Under the pieces are notes generated by a model. It saw only the letters and a list, made by a program, of their open reading frames with translations. It was not told where the DNA came from and searched no databases. A program made the translations under genes and the position numbers. A DNA stretch of 64,000 nt from an uncultured Gemmatimonadaceae bacterium (GTDB lineage Bacteria; Gemmatimonadota; Gemmatimonadetes; Gemmatimonadales; Gemmatimonadaceae), in contig CAZDMG010000003.1 of the NCBI GenBank assembly GCA_964506655.1, forward strand, positions 9,582-73,581, in the 5' to 3' direction. This document shows, piece after piece, positions 41,463 to 51,312 of the stretch; within the stretch, counting starts at the first letter, position 1; every line of letters starts with the position of its first letter.

Positions 41463-41847
41463 GTTGTCTCGTCACACAGGCAGACGGCGGCGACTCCGCT
41501 TGATCCACTCAGCGACTGATACGGTTGGACTGCATGGCGTCACTGCATGCGATTCACGCAGCGACACGTCACAGGGTTCCCTCACCTGCGCGCAATCGAA
41601 CACGGACCAACGCACAAAGTGAACAGCCAGCCGGCGCGCCAAAGGCTGCGCGGGGAGTCGATTGTGGAACACGCTGGGACGTACGAATGCAGCACACCGG
41701 CTTTAGCGCGGTGAGACGTTCGGTGGGTGTTGACCTGAAGAGCGCGCTGGCTCGGTCAGCCCCCAAGCCGAAACGCAAGTGGCCCGCGAGTCGCACGGGA
41801 CACCGGCGCCTGATGCGACGGATACGGAACTGGATACTTCAGCCTGA

Positions 41848-41877
41848 ATGGTACACGCAAAGGAATCAATCCCGCAA
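41848..41877 (-). promoter_or_regulatory. candidate promoter for rng, implying a ~380-nt 5' leader
   Basis: TTGCGG-18 nt-TACCAT. Confidence 0.4.
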
Positions 41878-42096
41878 TGCACAAGCGCCGATCCATGTCA
41901 GGAATTCCGTCATTGTGACCCCTTTGGGTACCAATCCGGACGGCATGGGCCCAGGATTGCAGAGAATCACTGGCTGTCACCTGAACTATCGGGAAACTGG
42001 TCCAGGCTTACAATTCAGTATGCCGCCAACCAGCCGCTTCCCCAGGCCGAACCCGACGGATGGACTCGATCGGGAACTCAACCGAGGATCCAAACA

Positions 42097-42552
42097 ATGC
42101 GTTCTGTAATCCTCATGCTGCTGGCATTCGTGGCTTTGCCAGGCGCGGTGCAGGAGCCGAAGCTGAAAGATACGGAGCTGCTCTCTCTGGGCAATGCAAT
42201 TGTCAGTTACCGTATGATCATTAACGACACCACCCGGATCGACTTCTGCCAGGCAGCTCCTTTCTGGAGCAAGGAAGGAAACCTGCAAATAGGCTCCGCC
42301 GCGATGGATTACAGCAAGTATTCCAGACGTGATGCATGCCCCAGTGACAGTGAACGGCGCGACAATGCCGCGGAGCGCAGTGTGGTAATTCATAACGTGT
42401 GGATCTATGCAGATTCAGTACACATTCTTGGCACTACCCACAAGGTTGGCGGCAGGACGATATTCGAGGAGTACCGGTTCGGAAGGACTGAGCACGGCCT
42501 GAACAACCCGCGCTACATAATCTTTGGCTATACGGCGGACCAATCCCGGTGA
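42097..42552 (+). CDS. hypothetical secreted protein, copy 1
   Basis: GAGGA RBS, signal peptide MRSVILMLLAFVALPGA; start fixed by alignment to copy 2. Confidence 0.8.
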   Translation: MRSVILMLLAFVALPGAVQEPKLKDTELLSLGNAIVSYRMIINDTTRIDFCQAAPFWSKEGNLQIGSAAMDYSKYSRRDACPSDSERRDNAAERSVVIHNVWIYADSVHILGTTHKVGGRTIFEEYRFGRTEHGLNNPRYIIFGYTADQSR

Positions 42553-42974
42553 TGTATGCCTTTAGCCGGGTGAAAGGCACTCTGATGCCATGGGTCGCTG
42601 ACCTCATGCTTTTCATAGTGACAGTCAATGTCGTTATGAGTATACTGGACCTTCTGGGCAACCTTGACTACTACAGTCAGCGGTCGCTCTATAGGTGGCT
42701 GGGAGCTGTCCTGTTCAATCAGATAGTGTTCTTCCCGTCGCTCCTGATTGTCGGTGGAGCAAGGTCGCTGTTGCTCTATCACTGGCGGAACCGCGATAGG
42801 AATGGGACATCCATCCGTCGGTATGCCGTCGTATCGATGGCCGCGGTAATGATCATTGTCGTTGCGCCATTCGGCGCCTGGATTGTAGCAGATTTACGGC
42901 TATTCCCTGCCCGGACCGCTTTGGCCGCCCTTGCGGTTTCATTTTGCGCTCTTGTGAGCCCGGTATCGCGATAG
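42549..42974 (+). CDS. hypothetical 4-TM membrane protein
   Basis: GTGA overlap with the upstream stop; four hydrophobic segments. Confidence 0.6.
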   Translation: MMYAFSRVKGTLMPWVADLMLFIVTVNVVMSILDLLGNLDYYSQRSLYRWLGAVLFNQIVFFPSLLIVGGARSLLLYHWRNRDRNGTSIRRYAVVSMAAVMIIVVAPFGAWIVADLRLFPARTALAALAVSFCALVSPVSR

Positions 42975-43163
42975 GCAACACGGTGCCTGCCCGGTGTAAA
43001 TCCGGGTAACCAGCCGCTATTTGCCACCAATGGAGTACGAACAGCAGTTTCAGGTACGCCACACCAATACGGAATCCGCCGTGCTGGTACTCAAGCAAAC
43101 AGCTCTCCGGGAAACCCGGTACGGTTTATTCCGCTTGCTGAACTCCGTAGGAGAATCCAATCA

Positions 43164-43607
43164 ATGCGTAGTGTAGTATTCATGCTGCTGGCATTCGTGG
43201 CTTTGCCGGGCGCGGTGCAGGAGCAGAAGCTTAAGGAGACTGAGCTCCTCACCCTGGGCAATATGATTGTTAATTACCGTATGATGATTAACGACACGAC
43301 CCGGATTGACTTCTGCAAGGCAGATCCTTTCTGGAGCAAGGAAGGAAGCCTGCAAATAGGTCCCACCGCGATGGATTACAGCAAGTATTCCAGACGTGAT
43401 GCATGCCCCACTGACAGTGAACGGAGCGACAATACCGCGGAACGAAGTGTGGTAATTCATAACGTGTTGATCTATGCAGATTCAGTGCTCGTTCTTGGCA
43501 CAACCCAGACGGCGGCAAGGACGATATTGGAGGAGTACCGGTTCGGAAGGAATGAGCACGGCCTGAACAACGCGCGCTACACAATCGTTGCCTGGGTGGT
43601 GGACTAA
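43164..43607 (+). CDS. hypothetical secreted protein, copy 2 (~78% aa identity to copy 1 by hand alignment)
   Basis: AGGAG RBS, signal peptide, colinear with 42097-42552. Confidence 0.8.
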   Translation: MRSVVFMLLAFVALPGAVQEQKLKETELLTLGNMIVNYRMMINDTTRIDFCKADPFWSKEGSLQIGPTAMDYSKYSRRDACPTDSERSDNTAERSVVIHNVLIYADSVLVLGTTQTAARTILEEYRFGRNEHGLNNARYTIVAWVVD

Positions 43608-43642
43608 CCCCGGTGATGTTTTCCTGAAAGGAAATGCAAACG

Positions 43643-44860
43643 TCAATCCAGCACTGAACGAAGCAGATGACGGGCGATCACCATGCGCTGCACCTCGGAT
43701 GTCCCTTCACCGATTTCACAGATCTTGGCGTCCCGCATGTAACGCTCCACAGGGTAGTCCCTGGTGTAGCCGTATCCGCCATGGATCTGTATGGCGCGTA
43801 TCGATGCCCGCATCGCCAGCTCCGATGCGAACAGCTTTGCCATTGATGCCTCCTTGGTGAACGGTTTCCCGTTCTGGGCAAGCCAGGCGGCATGATAGAC
43901 CAGATGCTTCGCCGCTTCGAGCTCGGTTGCCATATCTGAAAGCTGGAACTGAATTCCCTGGAACTCAGCTATTGCCTTTCCGAACTGCTTACGCACAACC
44001 GCATACTTCAACGATTCCTCGAGCGCGGCCTCGGCGATTCCCAGCGAAAGCGCAGCCACTCCAATCCGACCCGAATCAAGGGTCTTCATGAAATTGATGA
44101 ACCCCATCCCTTCGGTGCCAAGAAGGTTTTCGGCGGGTACCTCAACGTTCTCAAACAGAAGCTCACGGGTATCGGAGGCGCGCCACCCCAGCTTGTCTTC
44201 CTTCCGGCCGGCTGTGAAACCAAGCATCGCCTGCAGCGATTCGTCATGCCCCATACCAATGGATTTCGCCATTTCGAGATCGACCGTGTCCTTGGTAAGG
44301 ATGAACGACGAAATCCCTTTGGTGCCCCTCGATGGATCGGTTACAGCAGTTACAACGAACACTTCACCCACACCTGCGTGGGTGATAAAGCGCTTTGAGC
44401 CGTTCAGAACGTAGTGGCCATTCTTGCGGACAGCTGTTGTGCGCGTTCCGCCGGCATCGCTGCCTGCGCTCTCTTCCGTAAGCCCGAAGCCGCCCAGCAC
44501 TTTCCCGGAAGCCAGCGGCGGTACAAAGCGGTTGATCTGCTCCTTCGTACCAAAGTTGACGATCGGAGAAGTGCCAAGCGTGGTGTGTGCACTGATGGTG
44601 ATTCCGTGTGAGGCGTCCACACGGGACATCTCGTGGATTGCAATTATGTAACTGATGAGATCAAGGCCTGCGCCTCCAATCTCTTCCGGCCATGGAACAC
44701 CTAGCAGGCCATGCTCTCCCATGGCCTTGATATTCTCCCACGGAAATGTGGCGTCCTCGTCATGCTTCGCAGCCACCGGAGCCACTTTTTCCTGTGCAAA
44801 TGCACGTACCATTTCACGTACTGCAAGGTGCTGCTCACCGAAATACAAACTGTCGTCCAT
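43643..44860 (-). CDS. acyl-CoA dehydrogenase (short/branched-chain type)
   Basis: [48 protein letters not shown]. Confidence 0.95.
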   Translation of the reverse strand: MDDSLYFGEQHLAVREMVRAFAQEKVAPVAAKHDEDATFPWENIKAMGEHGLLGVPWPEEIGGAGLDLISYIIAIHEMSRVDASHGITISAHTTLGTSPIVNFGTKEQINRFVPPLASGKVLGGFGLTEESAGSDAGGTRTTAVRKNGHYVLNGSKRFITHAGVGEVFVVTAVTDPSRGTKGISSFILTKDTVDLEMAKSIGMGHDESLQAMLGFTAGRKEDKLGWRASDTRELLFENVEVPAENLLGTEGMGFINFMKTLDSGRIGVAALSLGIAEAALEESLKYAVVRKQFGKAIAEFQGIQFQLSDMATELEAAKHLVYHAAWLAQNGKPFTKEASMAKLFASELAMRASIRAIQIHGGYGYTRDYPVERYMRDAKICEIGEGTSEVQRMVIARHLLRSVLD

Positions 44861-44884
44861 AATCCTGATATTGGAACCCTTGAC

Positions 44885-44991
44885 GGGTTAATGTGCGTGT
44901 TTACTGCCTGTTCACGTACTGGTTCACAGAGTTGTGTACAGACCCGTTCTTTGGGTCGTTCACAGAGTTACTCATGGAACTGTTCATGTGC
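44885..44991. repeat. degenerate ~12-bp tandem array (about 9 units) starting at the recQ stop
   Basis: Units include CTGTTCACGTAC, TGGTTCACAGAG, TTGTGTACAGAC, CCGTTCTTTGGG, TCGTTCACAGAG, TTACTCATGGAA, CTGTTCATGTGC. Confidence 0.7.
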
Positions 44992-46777
44992 GTCTTGCGG
45001 AACTACGTTTCTTGCGCTCTGTCCGCTGAAGTGCGGGCGGTGCTTCATGCACGATGCCCAGGCATCGGTCGCACGCGCCGCAGTTGGCGCGCGCATCGGG
45101 ATCCCCAAAATAGCGCAAAACAAAGGCTCTGCGGCAACCCTTGGTAAGCGCATAACGCTGCATGGCATCGAGCCTGCTGAGTTCCGCGCGTCGTCTCCGC
45201 TTAAGGAGCTCCCAGTCCACCGGAAGTTCCCCGGCGCTGCCGATATGCCGATCAAGCCTCAGCCCGGAACCAGACAGCTTCCAGGTCACGAACTGCTCCG
45301 ACATAAGACGATCGAGTAACGGGATAGTTCGCAGCGCACCGCCAAGCCATCTGGGAAGCTGGTCCAGATCCAGAGTGACCCCTGTTTCCAGTCTCGCGCC
45401 TGCCAGCCGCCAGAGTGCGCGCAGGAGCTCCAGCTCCATTGCGCGATCCCCCGTCAGCTCACTGGTGATCCGCTCCGGCGAAGCGAGAAGGCGCACCCAG
45501 ACACGGGTATCGGATGAGCTTTCGTCGGTAAGTGCACCGGCTGCGAGCAGCACACGCACAGCGGCCGCTGCCTTCCGCTCACCGACCCGCTTTGGAATCA
45601 TGGTCGCAACTGTTTCGGGCGTTGCACTTATCAACGATGCGCGCCCCGCAAGCTTCCGGAGTTCCTTCCACACCTCCTCCACCACCTCGCGCTCGGGATG
45701 CGAACCGTCGATAAAGAACTCGTGTGTGAACCGGTCAGCAAAGGAGTGCAGCAGCACGCAGCGACTTTCATTCCCATCGCGCCCTGCCCTCCCTGCTTCC
45801 TGATAGTAGGCCTCCAGTGAGCCCGACATGGAATGATGTACCACGAGCCGCACATTCGGCTTGTCGATCCCCATGCCGAATGCGCTCGTTGCCACGATCA
45901 CACGCACCTTTTCGTTCATGAAGGCGTCCTGTGCACGCTGACGGTCATCCGGATCCAGTCCAGCGTGATAGGCCACAGCGCGGATACGCCCACGAGTGAG
46001 AGTCGCAGCAACACGCTCCACCGCCTTGCGCGTGGGTGCATAGACCACAGAGACACCTTCCATCTCGCGGAGCAGCGTGATCGCGCACTTATCCTTGTCT
46101 GCCTGAGTGCGGACCGGCTGCACGTGGTACTCCAGGTTCTTTCTGTCGAAGCCTGCCACTACGACTTCGGGGTTGCGGAGCATCAGTTGACGGGCAATAT
46201 CATGCCGGACATCCGGAGTGGCAGTTGCTGTAAGTGCGACCGTCTGCGGGTTGTCCAGTGCTTCGCGGATAGCACCGATCTGACGGTAGCTGGGGCGGAA
46301 GTCGTGCCCCCACTCGCTTATGCAATGCGCTTCGTCGATAGCGAGAAGCGACACGCCAGCGTTGCGGAGCCGCTCCAGCATGCGCTCGGAGCTGAGCCGT
46401 TCCGGCGCCAGATAGAGCAACCGGATTGAACCATTTGCGACACCCGAAAGACACTCCGCAGTTTCAGCGGCGCTAAGGGTGCTGTTTATAAAGGCTGCAC
46501 CGATGTTCTTTCTGCGCAGAGTTTCAACCTGATCCTTCATCAGGGAGATGAGCGGCGAAACAACCACTGTCAGCCCTTCACGCACCAGAGCCGGCACCTG
46601 GTAGCAGATGGATTTTCCACCACCGGTCGGCAAAACAAGCAGAGCGTCCCGCCCCGAAAGCACTGCCTGAACCGCACGCACCTGCGCGGGCCGGAAATCC
46701 GCGTAGCCGAAGTATCGGCTCAGCGTTTCACGGGCTTCGTTGAGTGTGCCGGCTGCGGCAGATGCTCCTTTATACAT
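44984..46777 (-). CDS. recQ: RecQ family helicase without an evident HRDC domain (start uncertain, up to 46837)
   Basis: PTGGGKSICYQ, DEAHCISEWGHDFRP, AFGMGIDK, QEAGRAGRDG, Zn site CRR...CGACDRC. Confidence 0.92.
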   Translation of the reverse strand: MYKGASAAAGTLNEARETLSRYFGYADFRPAQVRAVQAVLSGRDALLVLPTGGGKSICYQVPALVREGLTVVVSPLISLMKDQVETLRRKNIGAAFINSTLSAAETAECLSGVANGSIRLLYLAPERLSSERMLERLRNAGVSLLAIDEAHCISEWGHDFRPSYRQIGAIREALDNPQTVALTATATPDVRHDIARQLMLRNPEVVVAGFDRKNLEYHVQPVRTQADKDKCAITLLREMEGVSVVYAPTRKAVERVAATLTRGRIRAVAYHAGLDPDDRQRAQDAFMNEKVRVIVATSAFGMGIDKPNVRLVVHHSMSGSLEAYYQEAGRAGRDGNESRCVLLHSFADRFTHEFFIDGSHPEREVVEEVWKELRKLAGRASLISATPETVATMIPKRVGERKAAAAVRVLLAAGALTDESSSDTRVWVRLLASPERITSELTGDRAMELELLRALWRLAGARLETGVTLDLDQLPRWLGGALRTIPLLDRLMSEQFVTWKLSGSGLRLDRHIGSAGELPVDWELLKRRRRAELSRLDAMQRYALTKGCRRAFVLRYFGDPDARANCGACDRCLGIVHEAPPALQRTERKKRSSARRT

Positions 46778-46837
46778 GGAGTCACTATGTCGCAGGTCGT
46801 CTCCAACTGCGACATCATCACATCGCAAACGCCCCAC

Positions 46838-49408
46838 TTATACTGCGCGCGCGAAGTGGCCTCTTGTCCAGGCGCTTCCAAGAATTGAACGTGTCGCAGC
46901 AGTATCAACAGGCGTGCCGTGCCCAAGCGCATCAAGTGCGTTGCGGTATGCAGCAGTTACAGCGGCTACCGGCTCATCTGCCACATTGAACAGCAGATGG
47001 TAGCCGCGGATACCATGCGCCCAAAGAACCGGCAGATACTCAAGCCCATCGATCGGACGGGAATGCAAGAGCCGGTTCCGGCATGCATAGTCGGTCGCAA
47101 CCGGGAATGTGTAACCTGTTGGATCGGTGACGGATACAGACGGGTGCTTCTGCACGCACAGATCGCGGCAGGTGCCCGGCACCCGATCGAATGCGGCAGA
47201 AAGGACGCAGTGCTCGATCGTCATCCCTTCTGTGCGCCCATACACCAGCGCCTCAAACCCGATTCCGCGCCACGGTGCAATCAGCTCACCGATTTCATGT
47301 TCAGTGAGCTCAATGGACACAGTAACGGAACTGATTCCATTATCCATGAAGAACGCAGCGGTATGCTGGTTGAAACAGTTCACTGCGTAATCAGCAACAA
47401 CATGCCGACCGCTCGCTGCTGCTTCCAGTGCAAGCCCTGAATGGCCGGATAGAAGCGGGAAATCCGTGGCCAGCCACTTATCAACGAGCTTGCGGTCCTC
47501 CGGACGTACGATTGTCGGCAACCTGAGCCGGAAAGCAACGCCTTTATCAGCGAGTGAGTCGCGCAGCTTCGTAACGCGCGATACCGGTGGCGTGGGGTGC
47601 CGCAGAAACGGATCGAAAACTATTTCCGTTGCACCTGCACCCGCTGCCGCCTCAGCATCCGGCACATTGTAAACAATTGCGCGGAGTGTTGACTTGGCAG
47701 TTGCAGGGTGCGTAGCAGCAGTAGCAGCACCAGCCGCAGTGACTGTGTCGCTATTCGACATGCGGCCGTTGCCATTCACTATGGCAGCAGGCGAACTCAC
47801 CTGCCCCACATCTGCAATGACCTCAGCGACGCGTGCTTCACGCGCAACCTCTTCGCCAGCGCGCACCCACCCTGCCTGCTCCTCAAGCTCTGCAACAGCA
47901 CTCTGTCGCACCCGGTTCAGTGCGCTTACCGGTATAAAAAGTTCGCTGGCAAGACCTGAGAGATCCACCGAACCAAGCACTAAACCGGTCCCGCCAAGCC
48001 TGCCGAACTGTTCGCGCAGTTGCTTGTCATCGATGCTCCGGCCCTTCGATGGAAGCAACACTGCTTCGGAGACTGTATCGACAGAAATATCGCCTGCTCT
48101 CCAGGACACCCGTAGCGGTGAGCCGGCATTACCAAACACACGGACATCCACGCGCGCCACTGAAGTACGTTCCGGCACTTCAACTGCTGCAAAGGACGCA
48201 CGCGCACGCTCCAGCAATCTGCTGTCGCTGCTTCGCACCACTACAGCACCGACAGGCGGTTTAACACGCATAGTGAGCAGCTGGCGCCACTCACCATTGC
48301 GCTGTGCAATGGTCTTTACGCGCTCCACAGAACCGCCGAGAGCTGCGCCACCGCTTTCCTCTGTTTCAAAACCGATACCGTCGCCGTCGGCGATCTGCCT
48401 GTTGACAGTTACAACGACGTTATGCCCTTCAATGCCTGTAACAACTCCGACAGGAAGCCCACGGTTATCCGGCTGGGTGCGCGTGATATACCCACGCCCC
48501 TGACGACCCTGATACATACCGGGCGTATTACCACGACTGAAAATCTGAATGAGAGGTTCAGTCTCGATATCGGGGACCGGGCCGGGATTCACACCTTCAG
48601 CAATCTTATTGAGCCACCCGCGATAGCTCTTCGTAACCAGTGCCACGTACTCAGGCTTCTTCTTGCGCCCTTCCACCTTGAGGCAGCTTACACCCAGCCG
48701 CGCGAGTTCATCCAGACTGTCGTGCGCGGCGAGATCCCGGGCTGAAATCAGAAAGCCCTTATCGAGGAGCTCGTCTGTGGCTGCGTCTCTGAGCTCATAC
48801 CCTTTCCGGCAGGATTGCGCGCAGGCTCCCCTGTTGGCGGACCTGTCTGAAATCATTCCGGACATGTAGCACTGCCCGGAATAGGAAATGCAAAGGGCAC
48901 CGTGGATAAATGTTTCCAGCTCCAGCTCCGGAACCGCAGCGCGTATAGCCGCGATATCCTCAAGCGTGTTCTCACGCGCAAGTACCACCCGCTTGAGCCC
49001 CAGCGTCTGCATCATCCGCGCGCCGGAAACATCGTGCACCGTCATCTGCGTGGAACCGTGCAGCTCCAGCTCCGGATACATCCTCTGCACCAACCTGATA
49101 ACACCGATGTCCTGCACGATCGCTGCATCGATTCCGCGATCTATGCATTCGCCAAGGTACATAAGTGCGTCGTGGAGTTCCCCTGGCTTCATCAGGATAT
49201 TGAAAGTCAGGTAGATCTTCACTCCGCGGCTGTGTGCAATCGCGCAGGCTTTACCGAGGTCATCCAGCGTCAGTTGCGCGCCTTCGTCCCGCGCATTGAA
49301 CATGGAAGCGCCGAGGTACACCGAATCGGCACCATTGGCAACGGCGGCCCGCACTGCATCAAGCGAACCGGCAGGTGCAAGAAGTTCAGGGACAGCGGCA
49401 CGAATCAT
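46838..49408 (-). CDS. peptidase U32 family protein with long C-terminal region (RlhA-like rRNA hydroxylase)
   Basis: PELLAPAG, HGSTQM, HGALCISYSGQC...NRGACAQSCR, LKVEGR. Confidence 0.85.
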   Translation of the reverse strand: MIRAAVPELLAPAGSLDAVRAAVANGADSVYLGASMFNARDEGAQLTLDDLGKACAIAHSRGVKIYLTFNILMKPGELHDALMYLGECIDRGIDAAIVQDIGVIRLVQRMYPELELHGSTQMTVHDVSGARMMQTLGLKRVVLARENTLEDIAAIRAAVPELELETFIHGALCISYSGQCYMSGMISDRSANRGACAQSCRKGYELRDAATDELLDKGFLISARDLAAHDSLDELARLGVSCLKVEGRKKKPEYVALVTKSYRGWLNKIAEGVNPGPVPDIETEPLIQIFSRGNTPGMYQGRQGRGYITRTQPDNRGLPVGVVTGIEGHNVVVTVNRQIADGDGIGFETEESGGAALGGSVERVKTIAQRNGEWRQLLTMRVKPPVGAVVVRSSDSRLLERARASFAAVEVPERTSVARVDVRVFGNAGSPLRVSWRAGDISVDTVSEAVLLPSKGRSIDDKQLREQFGRLGGTGLVLGSVDLSGLASELFIPVSALNRVRQSAVAELEEQAGWVRAGEEVAREARVAEVIADVGQVSSPAAIVNGNGRMSNSDTVTAAGAATAATHPATAKSTLRAIVYNVPDAEAAAGAGATEIVFDPFLRHPTPPVSRVTKLRDSLADKGVAFRLRLPTIVRPEDRKLVDKWLATDFPLLSGHSGLALEAAASGRHVVADYAVNCFNQHTAAFFMDNGISSVTVSIELTEHEIGELIAPWRGIGFEALVYGRTEGMTIEHCVLSAAFDRVPGTCRDLCVQKHPSVSVTDPTGYTFPVATDYACRNRLLHSRPIDGLEYLPVLWAHGIRGYHLLFNVADEPVAAVTAAYRNALDALGHGTPVDTAATRSILGSAWTRGHFARAV

Positions 49409-49415
49409 GGATAGA

Positions 49416-49583
49416 CTACGACCTCTTACCGCGAATCCGGTCCACGAGCATAATCACCACTGCCAGGCCAAGTACCACGATTGCAACGAGCCGCGGTGTC
49501 TCACGCCCGGTAGCATAGGAATAGCCAAAAAGGATTATTCCTGCCACAAGCAGTGAGAACCGCAGGCGCAGCAACGGGCTCAT
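49416..49583 (-). CDS. 55-aa two-TM small membrane protein (below the ORF-track cutoff)
   Basis: MSPLLRLRFSLLVAGIILFGYSYATGRETPRLVAIVVLGLAVVIMLVDRIRGKRS; ATGA overlap with the upstream stop; fills the gap to within 7 bp of the next ATG. Confidence 0.75.
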   Translation of the reverse strand: MSPLLRLRFSLLVAGIILFGYSYATGRETPRLVAIVVLGLAVVIMLVDRIRGKRS

Positions 49584-49927
49584 GCGCTGATGCCGAGTGA
49601 CGCCGCTTCGGCATCCGGTATGTCGATGTACATACGGAGCAGTGCAGTGGAGTAAACCTTCCCCTGCGCATCTGTCTTGAGTGACAGCGTACCGCCGCCG
49701 TCCAGTGCGCCATGCAGAAGGAAGTTGACAGCATTCAGGTTGGGCAGTTCGAAACGCTCAACACCGCCTGTGATCATGCCGCGGAAATGTTCCTGCACGC
49801 GCGCGGTTGTCACCTCGCGTGCAAGGAGCGGATACCACTCGGGGCGGAGCGCGATAAGACCCACATTGGCAGTGTCACCCTTGTCACCGCTACGCGCATG
49901 CGCGAGATCCAGCAGTCGTACTTTCAT
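49580..49927 (-). CDS. AtuA-related small ferredoxin-fold protein
   Basis: AHARSGDKGD, VERFELPNL, LDGGGT.SL.TDAQGK. Confidence 0.85.
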   Translation of the reverse strand: MKVRLLDLAHARSGDKGDTANVGLIALRPEWYPLLAREVTTARVQEHFRGMITGGVERFELPNLNAVNFLLHGALDGGGTLSLKTDAQGKVYSTALLRMYIDIPDAEAASLGISA

Positions 49928-49930
49928 CTC

Positions 49931-51304
49931 TTACTCCGCTATCCTGACATGTGTAGTCACTGCCCGCTTATCAAGCAGCGCCGGCCAGTAAGCAACGATC
50001 TCTTCCACCTTTGGTCTGCCGCCTGCGAATCCTGTAACACTGGGCGGCCCGTTGAGCACCAGCGGTGCTATTTCGCGTGTGAACCGTTCGATGGACGCAC
50101 GATCGTTGCCGCGAACACCAATGCGAAGCTGGACTTCCGGTGCGTCATCGCCGCTGCCAGCCAGCGGACCATGCGTGGCGTTCACACCCACGTACTCGGT
50201 GAGCACTTCGTCGAAACGGAGCCCCAACCGATCGAGGCGTTCGCGCAAAACACGATTGGCCAGCTGTGCCTTTTCATATGCATCGGGCCAGGCATAAACC
50301 AGACTTCCAACAGCCTTGAAGCCGGAGCGATACGCTATCGAGACCTTCAGGAACGGCGTCGGTGCGCCGCCTGTTACTCCATGCACACGCACGCGGTCCT
50401 CGCCATCTGGAGCCAGGCGGATGCTGGTGAAATCAGCGACGACATCGGGGGTGATGTAACTCTTTGGGTCACCCATTTCGTAAACCAACTGCTCCGTAAC
50501 AGAAGGAACAGAGATGCGCCCACCAGTGCCCGGGTGTTTGCGGATTACAAAGGTGCCGTCTTCGCTTACTTCCGCAATCGGATAGCCGACATTCGCCAGA
50601 TCGGGGATGTCGCGCCAGTCGTAAAGGCAGTTTCCGCCGGACGACTGTGCACCACACTCAAGGATGTGACCTGCAACAATCCCTGAGGCCAGCCTGTTCC
50701 AGTCGTCGTCGGCCCAGCCAAATTCATATCGGAGTGGCGCCATCGTGAGCGCTGTATCGGTGCTGCGTCCGGTAACAACCACATTGGCACCCAGTCGCAG
50801 CGCTTCCACGATCGGTGTTGACCCGATGTAAGCGTTGGCAGAAAGCACATTGTCGCGCACCGTGGACAACGGTTCACCCGTATCCATATTGGCGAGTGCG
50901 TGCCCTGAGTCGATGAGCTCATCGAGCCTGTGCAAAATATCGTCGCCCGTAACAACACCGATGCGAACCTTGCCACGCACACCATGGCGATCAGCTGCTT
51001 CGAGCACTGCATCTGCGCAGGAGTCGGGATTAACACCACCTGCATTGGCGATGACCTTCACTCCGCGTTCGGCAACAGCCGGGAAAACGCTCTCCATTGC
51101 GCCAATGAAATCGCGCGCATATCCCATGCGTGGGTCGCGCTCTTTCTGCTTCTGCACGATGGACATCGTCACCTCGGCGAGGTAGTCGAGCATCAGGTAA
51201 TCAACCTGACCACCTTCAACCTGCCGGCGCGGTGCCTCCAGCCAGTCGCCCCAGAACCCCTGGCCACTGGCAACGCTTACTGTACGTGAACTCCTGGAAG
51301 ACAT
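49931..51304 (-). CDS. AtuA family (DUF1446) protein
   Basis: [49 protein letters not shown]. Confidence 0.9.
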   Translation of the reverse strand: MSSRSSRTVSVASGQGFWGDWLEAPRRQVEGGQVDYLMLDYLAEVTMSIVQKQKERDPRMGYARDFIGAMESVFPAVAERGVKVIANAGGVNPDSCADAVLEAADRHGVRGKVRIGVVTGDDILHRLDELIDSGHALANMDTGEPLSTVRDNVLSANAYIGSTPIVEALRLGANVVVTGRSTDTALTMAPLRYEFGWADDDWNRLASGIVAGHILECGAQSSGGNCLYDWRDIPDLANVGYPIAEVSEDGTFVIRKHPGTGGRISVPSVTEQLVYEMGDPKSYITPDVVADFTSIRLAPDGEDRVRVHGVTGGAPTPFLKVSIAYRSGFKAVGSLVYAWPDAYEKAQLANRVLRERLDRLGLRFDEVLTEYVGVNATHGPLAGSGDDAPEVQLRIGVRGNDRASIERFTREIAPLVLNGPPSVTGFAGGRPKVEEIVAYWPALLDKRAVTTHVRIAE

Positions 51305-51312
51305 ATCTACTG

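Noticed and set aside
40047-41519. 490-aa plus-strand ORF, and similar long ORFs at 11015-12175, 27923-29050, 49712-50686 and 51420-52334
   Set aside because: Antisense shadows of well-conserved genes, expected from codon bias at high GC; no recognisable motifs.
41463-41847. RNase P RNA, tmRNA or SRP RNA
   Set aside because: Hallmark sequences (GAGGAAAGTCC, tRNA-like CCA end, GGAA/AGCAG loop) were not found on either strand.
41525-42109. 194-aa plus-strand ORF, and the N-terminal extension of the ORF starting at 41848
   Set aside because: No motifs and overlaps the probable rng leader and promoter; paralog alignment and the RBS fix the real start at 42097.
42097-43616. Possible diversity-generating retroelement TR/VR pair
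   Set aside because: Mismatches involve all bases and include many synonymous changes and an indel. Both copies are whole genes, and no reverse transcriptase is in the window.
44885-44991. CRISPR array (also considered for 51313-51378 and 27707-27801)
   Set aside because: Units are 11-12 bp with no spacers, or are an in-frame coding duplication; no cas genes.
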